A DNA stretch of 64,000 nucleotides from Eledone cirrhosa (Eukaryota): positions 65,038,001 to 65,102,000 of the forward strand of contig OZ024740.1 in the NCBI GenBank assembly GCA_964016885.1, written 5' to 3'. The position numbers were made by a program, and so were the translations under genes. Positions 25,945-39,349 of the stretch are shown piece after piece (position 1 is the first letter of the stretch; each line of letters opens with the position of its first letter). The notes beneath the pieces were generated by a model. The model was given only the letters and a program-made list of their open reading frames with translations. It was not told the origin of the DNA and searched no databases.

Positions 25945-27050
25945 GAGAACTCTAATTCGATATGTGATATTTTGTATTTTTACAAATATATACACTACTG
26001 AATTCATTCGCCTAATATAGGGGTTCCCTCCTTTGCTAGACCCAACGTGGATTTAGTAACGGGTGCCTTTGTATTTTTGAACGAAATGCCTGTTGAGAAA
26101 GTGGTTCCCTCGTTCTTCTTTTTACCAGAAGTAAGATATTTTTTATGTAGGCTGACGGTAACTGATTTAGGAACCGCAGAAACCAAAAAGCTAGAATTTA
26201 ACATCCTTCTAGCGGGTCCGGGTAAGATTTTTCATTCATTTAATTTATTATTTGTATGACCCGAATTTTCCTGGTCGTTTTTTCGGCTGTGCGAATGATT
26301 TTAAGCATTGTCTCTATGTGTTGGTATTTAAACGATAGTAATAGCTCTGGTTTATCCAAACTATTGAGCCCTTTGCTACGCATTTCGAAGATTGTGTTTC
26401 GTTATTTCGTGGGCCGATATTCCGATTCTCGATAATTTATTTGTATTTATCTCCAGTCTGTAGCTATTGACCAGTTAATTTTATTGATTTTTTAGTTGAT
26501 CTTATTGACTGATGAATAGTTCATGTTAATTTTAACCCGTCTGTTGAGAACTCTAATTCGATATCTGATATTTTGTATTTTTACAAATATTTACACTACT
26601 GAATTCATTCGCCTAATATAGGGGTTCCCTCCTTTGCTAGACCCAACGTGGATTTAGTAACGGGTGCCTTTGCATTTTTGAACGAAATGCCTGTTGAGAA
26701 AGTGGTTCCCTCGTTCATCTTTTTACCAGAAGTAAGATATTTTTTATGTAGGCTGACGGTAACTGATTTAGGAACCGCAGAAATCAAAAAGCTAGAATTT
26801 AACATCCTTCTAGCGGGCCGGGTAAGATTTTTCATTCATTTAATTTATTATTTGTATGACCCGAATTTTCCTGGTCGTCTTTTCGGCTGTGCGAATGATT
26901 TTAAGCATTGTCTCTATGTGTTGGTATTTAAACGCTAGTTATAGCTCTGGTTTATCCAAACTATTGAGCCCTTTGCCACGCATTTCAAAGATTGTGTTTC
27001 GTTATTTCGTGGGCCGAGATTCCGATTCTTGATAATTTATTTGTATTTAT
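25941..27050 (+). mobile_element. 601-bp tandem unit (about 1.85 copies), each with a hammerhead; retrozyme-like
   Basis: Units start tgttgagaac at 25941 and 26542; the second unit ends at (TA)n. HHRs at 26087-26224 and 26688-26824. Confidence 0.8.
26087..26224 (+). ncRNA. Type I hammerhead, U3-A8 core, GUC triplet
   Basis: tgcctg TTGAGAA a gtggttcc...ggaaccgc a GAAA cc aaaaa gctagaa...ttctagc ggg TC cgggta. The second copy has lost the U of GUC. Confidence 0.75.
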
Positions 27051-27065
27051 ATATATATATATATA

Positions 27066-28317
<1,252 letters not shown>

Positions 28318-28783
28318 TAGGCATTGAATTATAATATGGACATTTCAGACCATTGTAGAGGCTGCTATTTCTTTCTTGTGAATAGAGATAAAAAAAATGA
28401 AATCCGAGAAAATACTGACAAATATATCGGAAGATTCATTGTTAAATACAATTAACCGTTTTATTTCATTTGTTGGAACATATATTGCCAAATTTGAAGT
28501 TACAACTTTTGGAAATTGAATCACGATAATTTAGTTATACCGCCTTGTGTGTAGGTAAGGGTGTTGTCGCACACCGTGTACGCATATACACCCACGTAAC
28601 AAACAGACATACGCACATGTATATATATATATTTACACACACACACCCTTATATATATAAATATATATATATATATATGTGTGTGTGTATATATATATAT
28701 ATAAATACATATATATACGTGTGAGTGTATAGATATAGATATATATATCTCTCTATATATATATAAACACACATACATAAACA

Positions 28784-28849
<66 letters not shown>

Positions 28850-29199
28850 TGTATACATGTTTGTATGTGTATGTGTATATATACATATATATGAAATTTT
28901 TCAAATAGGATATTGAATCCAAGTTTTCAAAATAATTGAATCTACAAGATTTGCTTGTAAATATTCACGCATACACCCCAACACACATATACGCGTGCAC
29001 ACCATTATATTCTTTCTTTTGTCTCCTAACTTATGATGGAGTCGTTAGGACGGCATATTGACATACGGCGTTTCCTGGGTATTTTAATGATGGTGGAGCC
29101 CATCGATCTCCAGGCCTGGGTACAGCAGCTTTCTTCCAGAGAAAAATGGAATGTAAGAGAGAAAGGAGGTGAGAAAGAGATATAGAGGAAGAATCGACG

Positions 29200-29330
29200 T
29201 CAGTACTAGAATTGTACTTTTTTATCGATCTCAAACGGATGAAAGCCGAAGTTTACCTCAGCTGTATTTGAAATCAGAATAACATAAAGCATTCTACCCG
29301 ACTGTCTAACGACTCCGTCAATACGCCACC
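29200..29330 (-). mobile_element. Old, degenerate SINE family 1 copy
   Basis: gtactttttttatcgatctcaaacggatgaaagccgaagtttacctcagctgtatttgaa resembles the family core. Confidence 0.6.
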
Positions 29331-29531
29331 ATGATACATCACTATATGTATATATACAAATATACACAAACACACACACGCACACACACGCACACACCCA
29401 CGCATACCCACACCCACACACCCACAAACACACACACACGCAAACACTCACACCCAGTGGTCAATAACGCACCAGAGTAATCGAAATTTAGGTCAGTTGA
29501 GTGGGTAATATGAAAATAGTCAGTTTTGATC

Positions 29532-29625
29532 TAGCTGTCGAAACGGACGGAGCTCAGCCGTCGGGGTCCTGAGTCTTTTCCTATATATATATATATATAT
29601 AGGAAAAGACTCAGGACCCCGACGG

Positions 29626-29627
<2 letters not shown>
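29532..29627. repeat. Tail-to-tail pair of family B-related PLE ends across a short (TA)n; 3' half of an HHR
   Basis: gtc GAAA cgg..gagctc agccg tc ggggtcctgagtcttttcc(ta)n ggaaaagactcaggaccccgacggct. Confidence 0.75.
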
Positions 29628-29677
<50 letters not shown>

Positions 29678-29959
29678 CCATATATGTCTGTATGTATTAT
29701 GTAGTTTTATAAGCTTTTGTCTCTAAGTAGTTTCGAGTCGATTTCCCGACAATCCTGTCTGACTAGGAAACAGCATTCGATTTCATCAGTAATTTCACGG
29801 GTTAATGGTGTATTGTGAAGGTTGCGATATGCAATATAAGTTAGATATATATTTTAAAATGAAATACGGTTATGCCATATATATATATGTGTGTGCGTGT
29901 GTGTGTCTGTGTGCGCTGACGTTTGGATGCATGCGGGTGTGTGCATGTGTTTGTGTACA

Positions 29960-30016
<57 letters not shown>

Positions 30017-31001
30017 ATTTATATTGTTCATGCTGCTTGAAAAAAATTACTATTACTATGTTTTTAAGTAATCGTTGAAAAAAAAATGGATTATGTTTAA
30101 TCGAATCTACTTGGTCTTGTTTCATAGATATTTATGTCTATTTTGTTTACTTTTGATTTATATTCTATGTTTGTCATTACATTTCTTCTTCTTTTTCTTC
30201 TTTTTTCTTTCTTCTTTTTTCTCTTTCTTCTTTTTCTTCTTCTTCTTCTTCTTCTTCTTCTTCTTCTTCTTCTGCTGCTGCTCCTCGTCCTTCTTCTTCG
30301 TCTTCTCCCCCCACCCTGCTGTTACTGTTGTTGTTGATGTTGTTGTTGTTATTATTATTATTAATATTATCGGGATGGGGGATGATCGTAATAGTATGAA
30401 TGTCGTATTGTTTTTATTGGTATTCTTATCTAAGTTCGCCTTTGTTACTCTTTCAGTCATTATTGATTGACTTTTATTAAATTATGTAGAATTTAATAAA
30501 GTTTCCTTTCAACCGTAACGCAAACCTCGCACGAAATACAAACAATTATTCATCCGCAATCACAATAATTAACACACCCATACTCTAGATTTGCAAACAA
30601 ATTATCCCTATGCACATATATACGCACTGAAATACATATAACAATACACGTAGATACATGTATGTGTAAAAACTACATCTTAAATATTGACAAACAGAAA
30701 GCCGTTTAATAAAGTTTTGCACATGCCTGAACATATACATTTATCAAATACTGAGTAGGTGTGTTTTTCAGTAATATTAGTATGGCAACCCAGCGGTATA
30801 TATTGGATAATTTTGAGATTATATACTTGCATGGTTGGCTATGTCCTGAAGCAATTTCATATATATCACGATTCATAATATTGTAAATATAGATCCGTGT
30901 AACATTCATCAGAAACTCATATAGAACACTCACATAGATATACATAGACATACATAGACATACACGCACTCACGTGCACACAATCACTGACACCCCCCCC
31001 C

Positions 31002-31041
<40 letters not shown>

Positions 31042-33804
31042 GTTTATATATGTCTGTATGTAGTTGACCGCTGAGAGAAAAGAGTACTCAATGTATATTC
31101 CTTTTATTAATATTAATAAAATGAATACTTATATATATATATATATATATACATAAATGTATGTATGTATACAGAGTGAGAGAGAGAGAGAGAGCGAGAG
31201 GGAGAGGGAGGCGTGTATGTGTCTTCGTGTTTACAATTCCACTGAAGAATTCCTTGGTCGTTAATCGGCTTGGCGTCGACGGAACGAATAACCATGGATA
31301 TAAATTATATGTTTACTAAATATGTAATTACATGCATTTGAAAATATTTTCTAAGCACAACGTTCATTAAAGATTTAGCTAAAGTTTAAACAAGCCTGTT
31401 CATTTTTCTAAGCACAGTAGATGAAACCTGTGGTGAGAACACACCCATACACACACACAGCCACAGACACACAAACACATACATACTGACACACATACTA
31501 CACACCAATTCATCATCATACACATTGTACATTTTCCCAAACCAAAATAATTTGTAAATTACTAAGAAGAGCAAACATTAACAAACTGTACGATAACTCA
31601 TACGGTTTATGTGCTTTTCCCGGCGCATTTTCTTCAATATAAGTTGTTTTAACCACTGACTTCGAAGTGTATATGACAAATTTAAACGAGGTATTTCAAT
31701 CTGTGGAGATAACATATATAAATGCATTAAGAGTTTGTGCATTTTAACCCAAAATATACCTGGAAAAAAACCTATGTAAAGGCTAAAAATATATAGTTGA
31801 ATATCATTTCATATCAATCGCTTTCTAATGTTGTATACTTCATTCAATTATATTATCAAATAATATAAAATATAGATTAGTATATTTGAATATTGTAATA
31901 TGGTGTTCAATGTCAGAAACAATTTGTGTGTAACTCATTTAAACTGTTTATATATGAATTTTACTTTTTCCACATGTATTTAGATTTAATCCCATTCTCA
32001 GAATGCACATATTAAATGTACTTGCAAAGCTTTTATAATAATCAATATATTTTATTATACATTTGGCAATGTTTTGTTGGATGACATTTTAGCGTTACGA
32101 AACAATTGTTTTTTGTGGAAATTACCATGAAATCTTTTTTGTTCATTGAGTTCACAAAATGCTTATGTTTGCATTACACTAATATAAACGTCATCTTGCT
32201 GCTTTTATATGTATTCCATGCTGTTATCTCTGTTCGATGCTAATATACTTATATTGAAATTAATCATATATGTGACACTGTTTATATCGCTCTTTTTGTT
32301 CACAGGGTTTATATTCGGAACAGAGTTTTACACATAACATTATAGATTTCTTAATTTGCTTCATATCATGACTGATGCATGATATTATTCGTTACAAGTG
32401 TTCACCATGCAGAATCACACACGTGAGAAACTCTCAATGATAACGGATTGTTTCTGTATTATGACTTAAAATGAGTATTCAAAAATCAAATTTAACATAT
32501 TCGTTCTTGCTGTTTACATCCCTTCACATTATGCAAAAATAACAGATGCATAGGCAGCGATTTCAAAAGAAATTCCTCTGGGAATCTTTTAAGGCTCATT
32601 GCGATCTGTTCAAATTCTCCATCTCACTAGCGGGAGATTGAACACAATTACTACGTAGCGGTTCTTGCACGTGACTGCTAGACCCGGATGAAACGAAGAC
32701 GAAGCATTTCCTTGCGTACCGTTTTGTACGACAGATGCGATCTCACTCTGCCTCGTTAATGTTCAATCAACACCAAAGTTATACGTTCTGAGCAATAGTT
32801 GGATGACCGATAATCACACCAAACCGGAGTACTGTTATCCTTGTGATTTCGAGATATACAACCACTGATACTGTTATGAAGACCAGAAAACCATACTCCA
32901 TAATATTGAACCAAGTGATTGATTTGTGCGACCAAAATAACACCACACACATATTGAACTAGGAATATTGGATCCTCCGTCAATGTCTGGGTGAGCAAAA
33001 ATAGATTTCTATCTGCATTCGAATTTACGAACTTGTGAATCTGCTGTGGTGTCAAAAACAAACGCACATGGCCGCACAGATGAACAATGGACTATGCCAC
33101 GTGGGTTGAACCTGCAAGTGAATTGAAGGATGTGTAACTCTGATATACAGATTATTTATTATTAAGATGTATAAACTTGACATAACTATTATCATCTTAT
33201 ATTCTCTCAACTAATCACATTTGATTATATTTCTCTATCCCGTTTTCTCCCCCCATATTTATAATATTTTTATTTGAAAAAATCGGTTTTTTTACATTGT
33301 GTTTTTCCCTTTCTAATACTTGCTTATATTTCTTTATATATTCTCTATATATTTCTTTATATATATTTTTTTAATCTTTATTCTTATTTTAACTTTTATC
33401 CTCCTTTATATTTTACCTTATTCTTACTTTTATACCTTATTATAGTGTAATCTTCCCCATGCCTTATTATACATTATTAATTATAGATTATTATTATTAC
33501 TCTTTTTCCATTTCTAATTAGGTCATGTACTTTCTCCTTCGTTATATATATATTGTATGCCCTTTGCGTGTGTGTAGCCTCTGCACACCCTCTGCACCCT
33601 ACTATCGACGCCACACCATCTATGGCTCAACTAACGACTCGACTCCCGGGAATGAATATGACCACAGCTAGTAAACAAGGATCCACACCCCACCCTCTCG
33701 CACCAAAATTAGACTTATCGGCCCCTGCTTTTGCTCTTTACCCTCTTTACTCTTTGTTCTTGAATGTTTGGTTGGTAGAGTCCATAACACCAATCAAACC
33801 CCTT

Positions 33805-33859
33805 TTATAGCTCTGACGAATCCTACGGTTAAGTAAGGAAGAAACATTGTAAGCCAATA
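33805..33859 (+). ncRNA. Type I hammerhead motif at a PLE 3' end terminating at (TA)n near 33998
   Basis: tatagct CTGACGA a tcct ac...gta agga a GAAA c att g ta agccaata. Confidence 0.7.
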
Positions 33860-34001
33860 CAAATCTTTTGATGTTGTAGACGCTCTTGTGTTCTTTATCA
33901 TATATACGGCTCTGCTGCAAAGCATAGAGCTAATTATTATGCTGCCAATATCTTAATGGGACACGGGTATACAATACCTAACTCCTATTAACCTAAGTAT
34001 A

Positions 34002-34042
<41 letters not shown>

Positions 34043-34046
<4 letters not shown>

Positions 34047-35245
34047 GGTTTTTGTAACATGTACTAAAGGTTGATGTTAGCAATGCTTTTTTCTCCGTTT
34101 TGATCTTCAAAACATCTCTTGTTAGGTTAAATTGTAAATTGAGTTTTCCTTAAAACTCCTACATGCTGATTTTCGATTACATGGTTTCGGTCGCTTCTGT
34201 CCTTGCTAAAATAAGGGATATAATTGATTTTTTGTCGTCGTCTGTGTCTTAAAAACAGTAGATGATGTATCTGTGGAAAGAAGAGGAGTTGTTATTGAGG
34301 TGCTTATTAATTCAGAGATGTAAATGTCGAATAGTGCTGCCAAGGTAGAATTGGCTACAGTTGTCACATTCCAGCCTATACACCACGTACCGACGCATGC
34401 AATAATCAATGTTGTAGAAACGCAATTGTCTAATATGCATCTGTAATCTTCGCTGTTGGGTTGCCTTGTGGATAGGCATCTCCATAGGGGAAGGTCCTGA
34501 GTGAGCCAGTCTGGTAATGTGACCCTCTTTCCTGATGACTCTGGCTTTGATAGTCTGTTCACTGATGTGTGGGTTCTTGAGGAAGCAACTATTATCTGTG
34601 TTGGTCCGGTCTCTTCTTCTGGGGTTTTGCCATGGAGAAGGAAGCTGGAAAGCTAATGGTCTCTAACACCTTGTAGAACCATCTGATATGGGTGGCTCTC
34701 TTCGTAGCTTTGCTGCATCTGTTGTGTATGCGAGCAATTTCATTAGAAATATTATTAGAAATACATTAGAAATTAGAGATGGTGTAGAGTGCAAATTTGT
34801 AGGGGACGAAGTTTCCTTTCTGGTCGTTTTGTGATAGATATCGGTGTGGATCTACTCGCTTTCGATGATGTTCAGTCTGAAATCGAGTAGTGTGAGGGAC
34901 CCGGATTCAGAGGGAACCTGATGTTTCTGTCAACGTTGTTGGAAGACTCCAATATACTGTTGGCCTTCTCATTGGAGGAAGTGAGTATGAGTATATCATC
35001 CACATATCTAGCGAAGAATGCGCAATTGTCGCAGGAGGTGAGTACTCGGTGTTCGAGTCTGTTCACGTAAGAGATGGCCAGTAAACCCAACATAGTGGAT
35101 CACACAGGTAGTCAAGAAGTTTGGTGGTACGTTTAGCCCGGGAAATTGAAAAAAGTGTTGTTGACCACATTGGATAGAAGCTGGTGGATGTCGGTTTTGG
35201 TGAGACCGAAACAGTTTGCGTCTGTATTTCATATTCCACAACGCT
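34043..35245 (-). pseudogene. Degenerate PLE (YVDD type, Penelope/Poseidon-like) RT + GIY-YIG fragment with degenerate HHR at 34073-34116
   Basis: FARYVDDILIL..NNVDRNIRF; minus-frame VVYRLECDNCSQFYLGSTIRHLH near 34320-34390. Confidence 0.75.
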
Positions 35246-37094
35246 TCAAGAAAACTAGAAAACTATATCTTATAGTTTTGTTTATACCATGAATAAATTT
35301 TATTCGAGGATACAATCGACTATGTGAACCCAATTTTGTGACAGAACCGCAGTATGCGAATCCTGATCGAATTTGAAAGCACTACGTGGAAAGGCATAAT
35401 TAAATAAACTAATGCAGCTCAATTTTCTATCATTTCTGCCACTTCATCGCTTCAATAGAAACGTAGTTGAGAACGGGCAACACTTAAAATGCATTCTCTG
35501 GGGGAGTCAATATCAGATTGTCTTATTTCATAAAGAAGAAAACATTAAAATCACTAATAAAACAATTAGTAACGATTCAGTAATTTTGATTTTCTTTAGG
35601 TGTCTACACACTTCAATGATTGCAATTCAATGAAGATTTGATTTGTTCGAACGAAGAGATGCTGAATCTATAACTATAGAAGTTGATATTATATTGTAAT
35701 AATGGAATTTTGAGACAAGATTTTGTGTTGAAATTTCCCATCTGAATAAATATGGTCCATTTAACTCATAATTCTCGTTTACAGTAATTTTATTGCGATT
35801 CAAAATAGAAGAATATCATGTATCAACACTTCAACGTGGACAGGATTTCATTTTAATGAATTATTTTTCGTTGCTGAATGGTGTGTACTGTGATTTCAGT
35901 AACGTCCGACGAAGCGAGGGTGTGCAAGTAAAACATGGTTTGAAAATATTTGTTTTGTTTCATTTTCCCTTCGTCGCTAATCATTTTAAGAAAAGATATG
36001 GTTGTCACATCAACCAATTTTCCGTAATCTGTTGAATATTGAATGTTCCATTAATCATATAAATCCCTCGAGTAGTTGATGACACCGAATATCGATAGCT
36101 GTAATATGATGGTTTGTCCTTAGCGTCTCAAAGAAACCATGATGCTCGCAATTTAGAAATGTATACCAAATATCTTTGACAGTGATGCTACAGATTGTAG
36201 TGGTTCACAGCAACCTGAGTATTTCGTTAGGTATACAGGTTTCCCCCGGTGTTCGCCGGAGTTATGTTCCTAGAGCATCTGCGAAGAGTGAAAAGCCGTA
36301 AATATTGGACATGATCCATAAACATGTATATTAACGTCAAAATATAATAAATAAAAAGCGGGAGCGTCTTATGCGAAGGGCAAATATGGTATATTTTTAT
36401 TAATAATTTAATAATATATAACAATATACCAAATATGGTATATTGTTATTAATAATTTACTATGTTTCATAGGAATATACCGAGTATCTACAAATGAAAT
36501 GATGTTATTGAAATTCTACGGCTCTAGAAACATTATGTACTGTCCGTTATTGTGACTATGGTGTTTATTTAGAAATTCACCGTGACTGTATAGATGTGGG
36601 ATCAAAGACAATAAATTCATGACTAACCCGCACTGTTTCAGAAGATATCATGGTTTGATATATCGAATGGCTCATATCCTTTTTCTTATATACCTGAGAC
36701 ACGGTAGCATCCAAGATACTTTGAAACTTTCACCTACTATGTAAACTGTTTGGTCGAAAGTGCAGTATGTTTGAGGTTGTTGCATATGACAGCCATATAT
36801 TTGAGTTGCTGGAAAATATTGTTTATAGATCTACATTATGCAGTGCATCACTCCCCTACATTTAGCACATCTGAATAGAACACAGAGAAAATTAAGATCA
36901 CAAGGCACAGTATAGGTGGGTATCATATCGTCATTAATTTATTAACCGATACCAAAGATACAATGTCTCAATAGTATATTTTTGACGCAACACGGCTAAT
37001 GATAAGTATATGTGTATACATGCATGTGTTTTTATATATATATACACACATGTATATCTCTCTCTCTATATATATATATACACACACACATATG

Positions 37095-37165
<71 letters not shown>

Positions 37166-37263
37166 GTGAGGTTTTTTTTTACAAAATGAAAAATAACCGA
37201 GGTGTCCTACACGAGTGGAAGTATAAAGAAAAAGGGATGAAATCGAAAATGCAACTGAAGTCT

Positions 37264-37302
<39 letters not shown>

Positions 37303-37315
37303 TATTTATTTGGTT

Positions 37316-37353
37316 CCTTTACCGGTTTCGCAGTTCTTCTGCTTTTCAAAAGG
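37316..37353 (-). ncRNA. Minimal type I hammerhead, U3-A8 core
   Basis: Reverse complement of cctt TTGAAAA gcag aagaa ctgc GAAA ccgg ta aagg. Confidence 0.8.
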
Positions 37354-37868
37354 TGAGTTGAGATGGAGGGTCTGTGGTTTTTCTCACATCTGGTTGGTCT
37401 CTAAATGTTACTTGATTTATATGGAAAAACTGGCTCGAAAACCAGGTTTTTCGAGAAGTAATTTGATTGGTTTGTCAATAATTATAATAAATTTCGCGCC
37501 AGTTCGCGTTACAATAGTTCTTCAAATAAGAGAGGGGGGGGGGGGTTGTCACAGGTTGTTTTTTCATATATGAGTGTTTGAATTTCTTTTTACTTGAAAA
37601 AATGAGGCTCACGAAGGCTTTTTTTTGGTTGGTTATAAATGAAATTTGGCTGTCACGTGAACAAGTTTTCATTACATTTTTGCGCCCTTATTTGGAAAAC
37701 TATTCTGTAGTCTTTATAGTGAATGTTATGACAATGGAGAGATAGTGGTCAAGGGAAAAGGGATTAGGAGAAATGTTCTGGTTCAGTGAATATGGCCAGC
37801 TGTCAGAGTTCAGGTGTCAGAGTTCAGATTTTCTATTGAGACTGAAGATATGTGTTTATTTGTGTGCT

Positions 37869-37901
<33 letters not shown>

Positions 37902-38157
37902 ATGTGTGTATTGGAAGATGATTCTATTAGTAGAGATGGGGGAGGGAGTTGTGTGTGTGTGTATATGGGTGTTATGTGTGTGTGTGCGAGTATGTTAGAT
38001 AGAGAGAATATATATTTTTTGTGTGTGTGTATATATATGTGTGTAGGAAAGTGGTTCTATTAGTAGAAATGGGGAGGGTGTTGTAGGTGTGGGGGTTTTT
38101 ATGTGTGTGTGTGGGTGTTATGTGTGTGGGAGTATGGTTAGCATGTTAAGATGAAGA

Positions 38158-38195
<38 letters not shown>

Positions 38196-38357
38196 TGTGT
38201 GTGTATGTGTGTGTGTAGGAAAATGATTCCTTTAGTAGGAATATTTTTGAATGAACATATTTTCCTGACTTTTTCGTGTTTGCTGTTGTATTGCCAGTGC
38301 AAACGTATGTTTAAGGTTTATTTAGTTCGGGTTTTTATTTTCTAAAGTAGGTGTTAT

Positions 38358-38490
38358 GATACAATGTCTCAATAGTATATTTTTGACGCAACACGGCTAA
38401 TGATAAGTATATGTGTATACATGCATGTGTTTTTATATATATATACACACATGTATATCTCTCTCTCTATATATATATATACACACACAT
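38358..38490 (+). repeat. Direct copy of upstream flank 36957-37091 captured inside the PLE
   Basis: gatacaatgtctcaatagtatatttttgacgcaacacggctaatgataag...cacacat occurs at both sites. Confidence 0.92.
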
Positions 38491-39349
38491 GGCAAGGCAG
38501 ACATATATGAAAAGTGGCTAACCTCTACACCAATCATCCTCCCAAAAAAACTCCAAATAAAACCCATCCCGAATGAACCAGAAAACCAACAAAGACTTAG
38601 GGAAAAGATGGCATTGGAAAAATTTAAAACAGAAATAGAACTGTTGCGATTAAGAGCCAACTCCAACGAAGAAAAATTCAAGTCACTCGACCAACAGATG
38701 GACACAGAAATCTCAAAGCACTCTGAAGGCCTACTCTACAAAAAAACCCCTAAAACTTTGGAAAGAAAACTGTGAGGATGAAGAACTCACATCCCTCCAG
38801 CGATGGGAAAAAAACGCCACCTGGTTCAACAACTACGAAATGGACTTCAAAAATGAACAACATACAGGTAACCCATTTTTAAAACAAACTAAAACTCACA
38901 CACCACATGCACAACAAATAACAAAAAAAGTAACAAAACGTCCAACATACCCCCAGCAAAACTATAACGATAATCCCAGAAACCATAGACAAAACTATAA
39001 CTCTACTAACAAAAACCAAAGATCCCCGAACACAAGGCAGGACCTGATCCGCAGATCACAACCCACACAAAACCTATTCCAAAACCGTAGACCCCTGCCC
39101 ACACAGAGCCTGTTCCAAAACCATAGATCCCAACCCACACAAAGGAACCAAATCTACAACCCGGACTATCAACAAACCGAACCTCAATACGTCCGAAACT
39201 TCTATACAAGACCACACAACAACAGGGGAAATACCATTAGATATAATAATACCAATGAAAAAACATTCCAGAAAAATCATTTTTTAGACCAAGGCTACAG
39301 GACTGACGACACCCGGTGGCACAAACCGATTTTGAAAAACCGAAAATAA
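38488..39349 (+). pseudogene. PLE upstream ORF1, 5'-truncated, one indel near 38745
   Basis: GKADIYEKWLTSTP...RLREKMALEKFKTEIELLRLRA...GNPFLK...NHFLD. Confidence 0.8.

Noticed and set aside
26004-26938. Duplicated 66-96 aa ORFs in the 601-bp tandem
   Set aside because: No recognisable domain and the frames differ between copies; the conserved feature is the plus-strand hammerhead.
36230-36470. Possible Helitron end (ccggtgttcgccgg hairpin) and a local AT-rich palindrome
   Set aside because: No CTRR terminus, second copy or Rep/helicase support in the window.
39304-39306. In-frame TGA as selenocysteine or readthrough
   Set aside because: Not at a conserved Cys, absent in the 12.9-kb homologue and no SECIS seen; CpG decay is simpler.
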